A stretch of 64,000 nucleotides of DNA from Octopus sinensis (taxonomy: Eukaryota), in contig NC_043001.1 in assembly GCF_006345805.1 (NCBI RefSeq), positions 50,468,001-50,532,000 of the forward strand, read 5' to 3'. A model generated the notes under the pieces. That model had not been told where the DNA came from, ran no database searches, and saw only the letters and a list, made by a program, of their open reading frames with translations. A program made the position numbers and the translations under genes. Positions within the stretch are counted from its first letter, which is position 1. Each line of letters starts with the position of its first letter. Positions 26,537-40,400 of the stretch are shown here, piece after piece.

Positions 26537-27331
26537 GTGGCAGAAAATTACGAACGAAAAATAATAACATATCGAACATTGAACATGACGATACGGAAAA
26601 TTGAAGTAGCATCCGTAGAAGAAATAGAGAAATGCTTAAAAGACGTCATGGAAGTGACGACTTTTTATAACAGAGGGAGAAAATTTGGCACGGTGGAGGT
26701 ATGCTTCGTTAATGAGAACGAAGCAAAGAAGTACTCCACCGTAGCCTTGAAAACGGCACAATGGGCACTATTGCCTACTTTCTGTGACAGACGCGCAACC
26801 AGAGTAAGAATAGGGAGTGTGCCACCAGAAATTAATGAGGACTTGTGGCAGCCATCCTCTATAACACGGAAGAGGAAGTAGAAATATCAAAAATGTCCAA
26901 GACAGCGGAGGTCAATTGGTGTGGGTATGGCCTTGAAGTGATGGCCTGGCCCTCACAAAATGACAGAGGGAATTATACTACCCGATGAGACCAGACTGAA
27001 AGTCATGGTGGAGGGTAAACCACCAATATGCTTCAATTGTGGAGTAAGGGGACACATGAAAGCAAAGTGTCCCCCAGAAACACGAACAAGAAGTGGTGGA
27101 AGAGAGAAATCAAATAGAAATGGAAACAAACCTGAGAGAGAAACAGAGACCACAATGGTGGAGAAGGGGGGAAATGGTGAATCTCCTCCGAAAAAGATAA
27201 AAGAAGAAAAAAAAAGAAATGAAGAAACAACAGAGATTAGAACTCTAGAACCCAGAAAGCTCCATACCAATTTCACCTTATGTGACATTCGTGGTTACTT
27301 TATGCGCAGGCTATGTGAGAAGACGGAATAA
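26537..27331 (+). pseudogene. LINE ORF1/gag-like fragment with a CCHC zinc knuckle
   Basis: RKFGTVEVCF, RRATRVRIG, CFNCGVRGHMKAKC. Frameshifted; homologous to 5959-6507. Confidence 0.75.
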
Positions 27332-27412
27332 AGGGGCTTTTGTTAGCTTATAATAGAATCAATAATCACTTGGCACACTAAAACCCATTTACCTTTTCCG
27401 GATAATACAAGC

Positions 27413-28245
27413 ATGCCACCTAAAAAGAGAGCACGCACTGGCAGAAAGTCTTCTGCAGCGCAGGCAGGCTAAGGAAACTGAGGACCAGAGATCTAGTAGA
27501 CTGTTGAAAAGAGCTGCTAATGCTAGAGTTGCAACTACTCCAGAGAACCGAAAACCTATCGAGTGCATGTTGCTGACGCAAGGACCGCAGAAACCCCACA
27601 AAAGAGTGCTATCCGCCAGGCATGCAACGCTGCATGCACTTCTGCCGCGAGGTTGGCAAATGACGATAACCATCGAATGATGAGACTTCAGTCTAAAGTT
27701 CATTGGAAGGTTCTTGCTCATGGCTATTGGAAGCCACCGAGCAAATGATGGGCATCAAAGGCACTCAACTGTGATCCTGCCGAGGATTACGCCACTCATT
27801 GAGAGACTGTCAAAGGGAATATGTCTGTAATATGTCCATTTCGCAAGGCCCTTTAGTGGGTTGGAGAATCCAGTGGCTTACGCTGCTCAAACGGAAAGGT
27901 TCGCTTGCCTGACCTGCAAAACACTCCTCAGCCTTTCCTCTCTTTACTCCTTGGTCAACACCCTGATTCGTAGCAATTTATACAGAAAATTCGTGCTTAT
28001 AACTCTGCCTTCCAGATTATAAGTTTCCGTCACAAAACCATTCATGAGGACTCTTATATGCCAACTTTCAAAATTCGGGGCCAACCTATTATCGGATAGG
28101 TTCTATTCTTCCTATCAACAACGCTGAACACCGATTCCTTCAAATTTACTTCATGGGAGATACCACTGAGCAAACGGCTCGCTGAGCTCAGGTGGCACCT
28201 GGAACAAAGTGAAAAAATACCACCAAAGCAACTTAAACCGTCCAA
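27413..28245 (+). pseudogene. Helitron Rep/Hel N-terminal fragment (decayed)
   Basis: MPPKKRAR; ETEDQRSSRL; NMSVICPF..AL*WVGE....CSNGKVRLP; IRAYNSAFQ; YMPTFKIRGQ/YRIGSILP...FLQIYF. Confidence 0.85.
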
Positions 28246-28873
28246 AGGACAGGTGCGTTTGCTAGTATATATATATGTGTGTATGGAGAGAGAAGTGTAT
28301 TCCCGCTCAGGAAAGAATATAGTAAAATTTGTTTGGAGATAGTAAAATTTTCAAACCACAAAACAAAGATGTGATTTTATATTTATTTCTCTTTCATTGT
28401 ATCTTATTTACTTTAGATCGTTTATTTTCATTTTATTTATCTTTGCTTTTAACGGCTCCTATTTCTAGTAGGTCATGCAACCATATAGAAGTACTCTCTC
28501 ATTGGCTCATCATTAAACATGCTTTGGCAACAATTACCTACCCTCTTCAATCTCTAACTCACAGAGACGCAAACTCACTGCCTTTTGTACTTACACCACT
28601 ACAATGACCTCGGAAGAATTAACTGTACATCTATCCTCTCCACCTGTGCCTACATGACACATCAGTCTCACCTTTTCTCATCACTGTAAATGTGCTTCAC
28701 ATTTCAATCTGTCGCCCAATACTAAACTTTTTTTTCTCCCAACCATTCTTTCCCTCGAGAATTCATTACCAGATTATGATTTTCCTGCAGTCGTTGATGG
28801 GCAGCTGTTCAAAATGAACATCAGAGCTATCCCAGTCTCAATACTTTCAGATGGCCAGTGACTAAATCTTTTA

Positions 28874-29245
28874 CTCTTTTACTTGTTTCAGTCACTTGAC
28901 TGCGGCCATACTGGAGCATCGCCTTTAGTCGAGCAAATCGACCCCACGACTTATTCTTTGTATGCCTAGTACCTATTCTATCGGCCTCTTTTGCCGAACC
29001 GCTAAGTTACGGGGACGTAAACACACCAGCATCGGTTGTCAAGTGATGTTGTGGAGACAAACACAGACACACAAACATATACACACACATGCATATATAT
29101 ATATACATATATACGACGGGCTTCTTTCAGTTTCCGTCTACCAAATCCACTCACAAGGCTTTGGTCGGTCCGAGGCTATAGTAGACGTGCCACGTAGTGG
29201 GACTGAACCCGTGACCATGTGGTTGGTAAGCAAGCTACTTACCAC
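28874..29245 (-). mobile_element. SINE (same family as 8842)
   Basis: Same head and tail blocks. Confidence 0.7.
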
Positions 29246-31197
29246 AAAAAAAGAATCCGGGTTTGATTCGTTTGACTAAAATTTCTAGAGGCGATGCCAT
29301 ACCATGGCCATAGTCTAATGACTGAAACAAGTGAAAGATAACGGATAAGTTCAATATATTCTGAACGCACGGTCACAGAAATTCAACATTTATACGAAGG
29401 GAAGTAACTCTGTATTTAACTGACGGGTGAGGGGGGACTGAAAACTTTGTATAAAGCTGCCAAGATTATTTTGTCATGTATCAATCCAATTTCACACCTG
29501 TATAAGTGGAAATGCTTAAGGAATTTTTCTCTCTCTCTTTTTTTCCTTTCTTTTTTTTACACTCTTTAATCAGAGAAGGGAGGAGTGAACATAACTTTAT
29601 ATTTTGGCACGAGGGGAGAAAGACTTCCAAGACTGGTGAGGGGCAAGGAGGAAGTTGTCCTTGAACTGGAAACCAGGCCCAAATGCTTGGAGCAAAGTGA
29701 ACTTTGTTAAAAGATATCCAAAGACCAGTGATGGTATTAAACCAGATAATGGATTGGATTGAGTTTATCAAAGAACACAGACTGCAAAAAGCTGGAAGTA
29801 AAACAAGAAAGCAACTTTACAATTTTACCAATCTACTTTCTTGCACTGGTATTTTGTTAACTCCCAAAGCATGAAATAATACTGACATTAATCAGATTTG
29901 ATCACAGAACCCAGAATATGGCAAAGTATTTTCTCCAATGTTCAAACTATTCCACCAATCCACTGATTTTATCTTATCAACCTCAAAAGATGAAAGACAA
30001 AGGTGACCTCATCAGGATTTGAACCAGAACAAATGCTATAAGTCTGTAGCATTCGGATTACTCTGTCAAATATAATGCATATGTATGCACATTGTTTTGA
30101 ATTCATCCTGCATTATCTTGTAACCTTGAGGTTTCAATTATGTGAATGTTTATGCTCAAAATGACACTCACACCTAGGGTAGGCAAGAGATGTCAGACAT
30201 AGCCAGTTTGAACATAAAGTAGAATATTTTGGCCGGATATTGCCAGTTTAAATGCTAATAGGGTAAGTAATTTTGTAAATATTGTAAATCAAGAATTTAT
30301 CTTGTATATTATTTAAGGCACATGGATAACACCAGTGGCATAGAGAGGGAAGGCTGATATGTATGGGCAACTGCTGGTCTTCCATAAACAACTTTGCCCA
30401 GACTTGTGCCTCTGAGAGGTATTTTCTAGGTGCAATCCAATGGTCATTCATGATCGAAGGGGATCTTTACCTTTACCCTATCCTTCATCTGGCCACTCTG
30501 AGTTACTAAATTACCTAATCAATAGGCTGGTACTTCATTCTATCAATCCCTGGAAGAATGACAAGCAAAGTTGACCATGATGGGTTTTGAATGCAAAGCA
30601 CAGAAGAAAATACAAGGTGTTCTGTGCTACTTCTAATGGCTCTCATCAATTCTCAAATCTATTGATACTTCAGCATTCAAATTGGCCATACCTGACCCAA
30701 AATGTTCTAGCAGTTTTATGTGCAAATTGACCAGATCTGGCCTCTCACACCTAGCTGATAATGTCATTCAAATCATAAACAATCACAGAAATCTCAAAGC
30801 TACAAGATAATACATGATTAATTCTGAAGCATGTGAATGAATGTGCAGCACAGCATTCAACAGAGTAATCTGATTGCTAAAGAGTTAAACTGTGTCTCTA
30901 GTTCAAATGTTTGATTTTAGGTCATTCAAGTCTCTAAACTATCAAATAAAAAAAAAAGATATATCTTATAATCAGAGAAGTATTACCTGCAACAAATTAT
31001 TAGTGTTGCTTAGACCCAGTACAACTTTAAGATTATTGTTTCAACCGTGACCATTTTGCCTCTTTAAGAGTATCTATGACAATGTTTACCACAAGATCCA
31101 GTTCTTGTTAGGCTGAGGAGGCTTGTATGCTTCAATGACCCTGAGAACTAAGCCAGCAGGGCACAAGCCTCTGATAGAGCCTCCTATAGTGGACAGA

Positions 31198-31403
31198 TTA
31201 ACCCTTTAGCATTCAGATTACTCTGTTGAATGTAATACTTATTTCTTCATATTGCTTTGAATTTTGAAATTTCAATAGTGTGTTTGTTTACTTTTAAAAT
31301 GATGTTGTAGAGTAGGTGTAAAGGACTAGATCATGCCAGTTTGAACATAAAACAGCTGGAACATTTGAGCTAGATATGGTCAGTTTAAGCACTAAAGGAT
31401 TAA
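31198..31403. mobile_element. ~200-240-bp piggyBac-type MITE; related copies at 30047-30266, ~30670-30890, ~38975-39300, 47463-47688 and 59923-60150
   Basis: TTAA-CCCTTTAGCATT ... GCACTAAAGG(A)-TTAA termini. Shared internal sequence in both orientations. Confidence 0.7.
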
Positions 31404-32574
31404 AAGACAGAGGTCAGACGAATATGGACCACCTCTTCCCAGAGGTAAAATGGATTTGTGTAGGGCCAACGTTCTAACCTAGGAGAAAGCAGAATTACAG
31501 AAGCATTGATGACAATTTAATATCGGTTTCAAATTTTGGCACAAGGCCAGCAAGTTCAGAGGAAGGGATAAGTTGACTACATCAAGCCCAGTGCTTTACT
31601 GGTACTTATTTTATTGACCCTGAAAGTATGAAAGGCAAAGTCAACCTTGGCAGAATTTGAACTCATAAAGACGGAAAAAATGCCACTAAGCTGACCACAC
31701 AGCTGCACAAGTATGCACAAACCTGAGCAATATTTCTGAGGTAGACTGACAGTTGCTCATGCATGTACATCTCCACTTCCCATACCATTGACGTTTATCC
31801 AAGGGAAAAGCCACCAACTAGGTGTGATACAGCCTAGCCCCAGTGTCATTGCAAGTATCACTGATAGAACACAAAGAGCTGGAGCAGATATTGTAAAGCA
31901 TCCCTCCCAACCTTCTAACATTCTCCAACCCCAAAAGAAAAAAGACAAAAGAAGAGTTACTTTCTCAAAAAAGTTATTCTATCAATACGTGCAATGTAAA
32001 CAACCGATGTCGGTTAATAAAACAACCTTTATACATCATATTCCAGATGAACAGAGAATATCATGCATTTGTTTGTTTGTTTTTTTTTTTCTCACATTTT
32101 TTTTTGGAGAGTTTCCAGAACATAGCTTTTGATTTATCCAATGAAAATCTTGGCACAAAATATTAGAAATTTCCTCTCATCAAATGAAAAATATTTTTAA
32201 CTTCTGATTTTTTTCTTTACGTGATAAAATTATAAATTTTATTGAGTCGAAATTCAGATTGATTCTTTGAATTGTTCAGAAAAAAATGTATTGTATACAT
32301 TTTTGAGTATTTTATTAGATGCAACAGTAAATATGAAAAATAAAATATAAATTTCAAAAAACTAACAGAAAACGTATATAATCTTTTCTACTCTAGGCAC
32401 AAGGCCTGAAATTTCTGGGGAGGGGGCCAGTCGATTAGATCGACCCCAGTACGCAACTGGTACTTAATTTATCGACCCCGATAGGATGAAAGGCAAAGTC
32501 AACCTCGGTGGAATTTGAACTCAGAATGTAAAGACAGATGAAGAAAATGTATATAATAAAGAAAGGACAGATAC

Positions 32575-32622
<48 letters not shown>

Positions 32623-33036
32623 CACATGCATATATATACATATACACATATATACATATACACATATATATATATACATATACATATACACATATGTATA
32701 TATATATACATACATACATACATATATACATGCATACATATATACATACATACATACATATATACATGCATACATATATACATACATACATATATATATA
32801 TATACGTCTGGCAGTTTTTCTCTCTACAAAATGGAAAGTTGCACTATGGAACAGTCATTTAACGAGATTTTTTATTTATTTATCACCCGACGAGATACGT
32901 CTTCACCACCGGATACTCCTGAATCCGTTTTCGTGTGTTCCACAATAGGAGTTGATGCTAGATGTGTTGAAACAATTGTTGTGATTAATAATATATTCTC
33001 GTATATTCCATCTTTTGTCTTTCATTTGTTATTTAC

Positions 33037-33069
<33 letters not shown>

Positions 33070-33118
33070 TATACACATATATGTGTGTGTGTGTGTGTAT
33101 GTATGTATGTGTATATAT

Positions 33119-33159
<41 letters not shown>

Positions 33160-33652
33160 TATGCTTATATGTATTGCAATTCCTGATATAATTCCTAAAT
33201 CTTTAATCTTGTCTTCAAACTCAGGATGAAGGAAGTAAATGACAAAGCAGTAGAGTTTAATAATAGAAATAGAAATGAGAAAATAAACTTTTAAAATATG
33301 CTAAATCATAAATCAGTGTTTTTGTTGTTTTCAAATATAATAAACTTATTTGTATTATTATTATTATCATAAGTAGTACTATTTACTGTTGTTGCTTTGT
33401 TTTATACAAGTTGTTCCAAACTTATCCAGAGATCTCAAGTAACAACAAGTTGAACATTTTACTATGGGTGTTATCTATGATTAGCAACGGTATATTGTAA
33501 GGTTATTTAAGGATGTTGAATAAAACACCCATGTTTCCAGAGGTGAATTATCCAAACCCCAAAGAATTCCACTCAACACATGGCTATGATGCTCCCCAAA
33601 TACTCCTGCTTGTGACCAGAGATGGACATATTGTCAGCCACTAAGGGACATG

Positions 33653-33690
<38 letters not shown>

Positions 33691-36460
33691 CATTATTACT
33701 ATTATTAAAAATAAAAGAAATTCTTCTTTGAAATAATTATTCCTCACGACAAACAAGAGCATTATGTTGTTGAGAAGTTTGGAAAGTTCTTTAGGTAATT
33801 CCTTGCAAAAATATGGGAAATGTATATATATATATATTTATTTTTGCAGTCAATTTTGTTTCTCTTCCTTTTAAAGTTATCATGATATTCAATGAGAATG
33901 CAATATCAAAAATACATCAGATGTAAACATCATGAGAAGATGAAAAAAAATATGACACCTTATGGTAATCAGAGTTTGTTAACCAGAATATTAAGATAAA
34001 AGATTTATATACACACAAATACACACACACACAGACACATTATGCACATACATAGACACACAAGCAAAGAAGCATGTTTTGTTTATTACTAGTGAAGATG
34101 AGAATACTGTGTGTATGTTTACCCAAGATGCACATAGCACCTAGATTGTTTTGTCTGATCACTTTGTTGTAGTTTAATCACCTGTTTAGTTATTGTGTCG
34201 TTCCAGATCAGCCTTTATCGATTTAGACCTATGATCAAAGATATTTCATCCATGATCAGCCCATATATTTTCACCCCATTTTTTTAAGAAAAAAATTGTA
34301 ATAAAAAGATGGTATGTATTTTGACATACTATAAAGTAAACTTTCAAAATAACGGTATCTATAATGGAAAGCTCAAACATAACAGCATTTTGAAAAAAAA
34401 AATTAAAATAAAATAATAATAATAATAATAATAATAATAAGGGTTTAAATTTTGGCACAAGACCTGCAATTTTAGTGGGGAGTGTTAGTTGATTACATCA
34501 ACCCCAGTACTTGACTGGTACTTTATTTTATTAATCCCAAAACGATGAAAGGCAAAGTCAACCTCAGCAGACTTTAATAATAATAATAATTGTCTCCATC
34601 ACCATCTGCTTTTCTATGCTGGCACGGGTTGTATTTATATTCTGAGGCAATATTTTACAGGTGGATAACCTCTCTGTTACAAACCCTTTCAGTGAAATCA
34701 TGTCTTGTTTCTTTAAATCTGAAAATGATTTGTTTTTTCCTTTAGTTAATTTCATACCATTTTTTTTGTTTCTTTGGTTTAAGTTACTTAATTTGTCATT
34801 TAGCAGCCAAATAAAAAGATGTTTACTACATAAACTGGTTTGGTTTTTAAATTGTCTCTATTTCTTATTTACTGTAATCCTTTAATTTAAATAATAAATA
34901 GATCTCAACAAAAGAAAAAAATTTTAAACAATGGAAAATTCCCAATAACAGTAAATCATATCCCTGAGGTTCCTGTTACTTGGGAAGCTGACTGCATATC
35001 TAAGAGTATGTCCTTCTTATTTTCAGATGATAGAGTGATTTGGGTAACATTTCTTACAGGTCAAACAATGGCATACAGGTACCCAAATTGACTTGTTACT
35101 CAAAAAGTTGCCATATCTGGTGAAGAGAAGGAGAGCTTAAAAAGGGAAGCCCAATAGTATACATTTATGTATCATCATCATCATCATCGTTTAACATCCA
35201 TGTTCCCATGTTGGCATGGGTTGGACGGTTTGACAGGAGTTGGCCAGGCAGAGGACTGCACCAGACTTCTGTGTATGTTTTGGCACAGTTTTTATGGCTG
35301 GATGCCCTGGATACACATTTACGTATATGTGTGTGTATATTGAGTGCATGAAGAGCTGAGATAGAAGAGAAAAGTGCAGTAAATGCAGGACCAATATCTA
35401 TAAGAGTATGTATGAATGTATGTACATATATGTAGTATCATTGTCATTTTACATGCACATTTCATGCCGGTATGAGCTGTACACATCGTCATGAGCAAAG
35501 CAATCCAATTCTTATTCACAGTTACTCCTCTCAGACAGGCCACAGGGCGACATCGGGCTCTTTCATTTCAATTTTAGCATGGCTTCTACAGCCTGATCTG
35601 CCCTTCCTGACACCACCCACTTTACAGAATGTAAATATAAATATGTGCATGTTTGTGTGTGCATGTGTATATCACCACAATCATCATCATTTAACAACCA
35701 TGTTCCATGATGGCATAGGTTGGACAGTTTGAAAGGATCTGATGGGCCCAAAGACTGCACCTTGCTTCAGTATATGTTTGGCTTGGTTTCTATAGCTGGT
35801 TGCCCATCCTAAAACCAACCACTTCCCAACATGTACTTGAAGCTTTTTGTGTGCCACCAGCATAGTGAGGTTACCATGTAGTTTAAAAGAGTATGAACCT
35901 CAAATAGCTAGGGAAATTTTATGTTAGGAGAATAAGAGGAGAGTAGCAAGGTATGAAAGGGCCAGAACAGAACAGGTTTCTTGCTGCAGAGCAGTGGTGA
36001 CATGACAACTCACCTTTTTTTTAGAAGAAAGAGAGAAGAGGGGTAGATTAGATTTAGAATGTAATGTAAGTGGTAATTAGATGTCAGAGGGTACTTTCAG
36101 GTACATGGTGGGTAGAAATAGGTAGGGCATGGGTGCCAGGAGTGGTGTAGGGTGTAAAGGATGTCTGATAGTGCAGGGTAGCAGAATAGAAATGATAGTA
36201 CAATAAATGGGGTGAGGAGGAAAGAGATGACATGCACTTGAGTAGGTTACAACACACACACATATATATGTATATATAGATATATATATATATATTCATG
36301 CATACAGACATACACACACATATATATATATATACATATATGCATGCATACATACACACACACAAATATATACATATATATGCATATATATTATATATAT
36401 AATATGTATACATATATATCATAAAAATTAATATAAACAGCCGTGACAATTATACTTTTC

Positions 36461-36510
<50 letters not shown>

Positions 36511-36516
<6 letters not shown>

Positions 36517-36714
36517 GAAAGAATGGAGTCGAACGACGATTTAACAAAATTCCTTTATTCTCGATATAAGACAAGGTTCCTTGTCTTTCCTGATTAGAAG
36601 GCGGCATAATGCACCCTTTATTCCTTCGGAATTAAGAATATGCAGTCTTTGAAACATATATCGAGAATAAAGGAATTTTGTTAAATCGTCGTTCGACTCC
36701 ATTCTTTCATTTAT
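36511..36714. mobile_element. 204-bp foldback element with perfect 58-bp inverted arms
   Basis: 36511-36568 is the exact reverse complement of 36657-36714. Adjacent to (TA)n. Confidence 0.9.
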
Positions 36715-37306
36715 CTATAGTAAAAAAAACACACAAATTTCCACACGAAAGCACATGATTTCTACCCTTGGCATGTAGCTTCAACCGTGCTTTCTGACGT
36801 AAATTTGCTACCCGGGTATCGGTTAACCGAATTATCCATACTAGGATAATTCATTCAACTACTTAAACATATATATATACACACATATACATATTTTGTA
36901 AAAGCTCAATGGCTGTTGCAGAGAAGAGAGTGCCTGTAAGTAGTACGATGCATGAGATCATCATTTTCTCACCTGGTGGTCATCTTTCAAATGTTTTGTT
37001 TTGTTTACAGTTAAATATTTCCCAGTTCATGACAGTGGGTGATTTCCTCAGAGTATTTTAGCCTGCAGGGAAGCAGCAAAACATCTTGTAAACCCCTAAG
37101 GGATTGCTAGATTACAGTGTGTGTGTGTGTGAGTGTGTTGTGTGTGTGTATAGGTGTTTTGTGCATGTACATAATTTTCAACATTAACAGTTTGATTGTT
37201 TAAAGATGCCAGTTATCATTTTGAATGATGTGTAATTTAGAAAAAGGAATTAAATTAAATAGGGTTGGGCTAAAATGTATTGGCTTTGAAACAAAAAAGA
37301 TGAAGT

Positions 37307-37408
37307 TCAGTGGTTTGTTGTATCATAGCTAGCATCTAAGTAGATACCAGTGACATCTTCAACAATAGAACGGTCTGGAATAGTCTGGGACATGCCATAG
37401 AGTGCACC
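37307..37408 (-). CDS. SGPL1: SGPL1 E13 (last coding exon), 102 nt: [33 protein letters not shown]
   Basis: tttag acceptor, TGA stop. Confidence 0.93.
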   Translation of the reverse strand, partial: GALYGMSQTIPDRSIVEDVTGIYLDASYDTTNH

Positions 37409-40400
37409 CTAAACAAAGAAGAAAAAAAAAGAAAATGTATTGTTAAACAAAAAACAAGAAGATTAAAATGTTAGACATCTCTGAAAAATAAATTGTAAAT
37501 TTAACCTTCCAGCATTTAAACAGGTCATATCCAGCCTCAATGTTATACTTGTTTTATGTTTAAACTGGCTGGATCTGGCTTCTTCCTTCCTTCCTACATA
37601 CATATATACATACGTATGTACGTACATAGGCGCATGCATGCATATAAGGAGTGGGCAAGGAACAATGAATAAAATTTACTGCATTTTTGACTATGATAAA
37701 AAGTATTATTTTACAAATGTTCACTATCTCTCAAAAACTATATTAGCTAAGCAAATAAACTTTTCTAGAACTGAGGCTCTCACAGAGTGAGTTAGTTTGG
37801 AAGTGAATGCTTAAATTTATATCAAATGTGAGGATAAAATTCTTTCGAAAAAAAAAAATATATGTCTCGAAAAAATTTCATCAATGGCCACATATTAAAA
37901 AATACCTTTAACGGTTAGATTTATAAACAATTCATAAATGAGGGCAAAGGCAAAAATTTCTAATGCCAAATATGCCCGAAAAATTGGACATATTGTCCAT
38001 TAACCATATAATTTTTCAAAATATGCATGCTACTCAAAAAAAGGCCGACAGAAATTCTAAAAGATTCCATTATTACCATATCGGACTGATTCAGAGTTAG
38101 CTACTAAGAGCCCTCTCTCTTCGTCAGTGATACATGTGGCAAAAGAATAACTGAGATACTTACTCATACCCATGGAAGAAGCAAATACTAAGTCATGGGC
38201 ACAACTAAGTACCCCAAATACATCCAAAATAGAAATACTCCAGCCCATTCGAGGCACGTGCGATTTGAACTGAGGCTCACAGAGTGAGTTAGTTTCGGAA
38301 GTGAATGCTTAATTTATATCAAATGTGAATTGTTTATAAAGATAACCGTTAAAGGTATTTTTTAATATGCTGGCCATTGATGAAATTTTTTTCGAGAATA
38401 TTTTTTTTTTTTTTTTTTTTCGAAAAGAATTTTATCCTCACATTTGATATAAATTTAAGCATTCACTTCCGAACTAATCACTCTGTGAGAGCCTCATTCA
38501 AATCGCATTGCTCGAATGGGCTGAGTATTTCTATTTTGGATTATTGGGGTCTTAGTTGTGCCCATGACTAGTATTTGCTTCTTCCATGGGTATGAGTAAG
38601 TATCTCATTTATTTCCTTTTGCCACATGTATCACTGACGAAGAGAGGGCTCTTAGTAGCTAACTCTGAATCGGTCCGATATGGTAATAATGGAACTTTTT
38701 AGCTGACATAGTTCTACGTCACCTCTAATTATTTCTACAGAAAACCAATACCATCCACATTCCCAAACCGAGTTATCTCCCTTAGCCTGAAATTCGGGAA
38801 AATAATAAACAATAGTAAATTTAAATAAGTAGAATGTTGACTCCAGTACTTAACTGGCATTTTATTTTCTCGATCCTGAGAGGATAAAAGACACATTGAC
38901 CTCGGCAGTATTTGAACTCAGAACATAAAGAACAAGAAGAAATACTGCAAGTCATCATAACAATTCTAAACCTGTAGCATTTAAACCAACTATATCTGGT
39001 CTAGAAATTCTAATTTTTTCTCTTTAAATATTCAAATTGGCCAGATCCAGTCTCTCATACATACCCTACAATGTCACTCTAAAAATAAATGATTACATTA
39101 TCGAAATCTCGAAGCTATGAGATAATGTATGATTAATTCCAAACAATGTGAATCACAACTACAATTTCCATTTGATTATAATTTGAAATGGAAATTGTAG
39201 TTGTGATTCACATTGTTTTGAATTAATCATACATTATCTCTTAGCTTCGAGATTTCAATGATAAGCCTTACATTTGACGGAATAATCTGAATGCTAGGGT
39301 TAAACATTGTTTAGAAAAGTAACAACAGAGTGACGATGGAAGAAGAAGAAGAAGAAGAAGAAGAAGAAGAAGGAGGAGGAGGAGGAGGTAATGCATTGAC
39401 TTACTGCGCCCTGACATTTTTCAGAGGGATTTTGTAGAATGACTTCAACTGACTCAGCAACGTCTTTCTCAAAGCGTTCTACAACCTCAGGCTTGGTGTG
39501 TGTCAAGGTGACACACATGTGAATACTGGAATATGGAACAGAAGAAAGAGAAAAGAAAAAGAAAATCTTTAAAATCCATTTATACCAACAGACAGTATTT
39601 CTCATATATTTTTTTCTTTACGTCATCATCATCATCATCTTCATCATTAGACATGGGTTAGATAGTCTGACTGGAACTGATAAGCTGGAGAGCTGCACCA
39701 GGTTCCAGTCTGATTTGACATGGTTTCTATGGCTGGATGCCCTTCCTAATGCCAACCACACTGAGAGTGAAATGAGTGCTTTTTACGTGACACCGGCACA
39801 GGTGCCATCTACATGACACTGGCAAAGGTCACGACTACAGTTTCACTTGGCTCAAAGAGTCTTCTTAAGCACAGCATATTGCCATGGTCTCAGTCACTTG
39901 TCATCGCCTCCTTGAGGCCCAACATTCAAAGAGCCAGACATAGAAGTGGTCATCACCCGGACCTCAAGTACTGGCTCTACAAGATTGACCGAGCCATAGA
40001 CAGAACCTGCAGAAAGTGCGGTTTGGGAGAGGAGACGGCGGAGCATGTCATCTACGACTGTCCACGGATCCATCGCCTGCCGCAAGTGCCAATCCCACCA
40101 GATGCTCTGGCCAATGACCCTCTCCTTGTCCTTTGGATCTGGCAAAAGTGGACTTCCGCTCCCGACCTGCCAGACATCTCCCAACCCACAGAACGGATGC
40201 AGTGAAATCACTCTTACCCGTCTTGTTGCTTAACAAAAAAAAAAAAAATCACCTCCGTAAGGCTCAAACATTCGAAGATCATTTCAAAAATCATGCTATC
40301 AGCAACTATCATGATTACAATTTCATGGATGCTATTTACATGACACCAGCAATGGCCATGGCTACAATTTCACTTGGTTTGATGAGTCATCTCAAGCACA

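Noticed and set aside
29481-29771. 96-aa ORF and its opposite-strand frames
   Set aside because: No recognisable motif, stops in alternative frames, no splice support.
32940-32990. Hammerhead-like GAAACAATTGTT with upstream TTGATGC
   Set aside because: Core too degenerate and stems I/II unconvincing.
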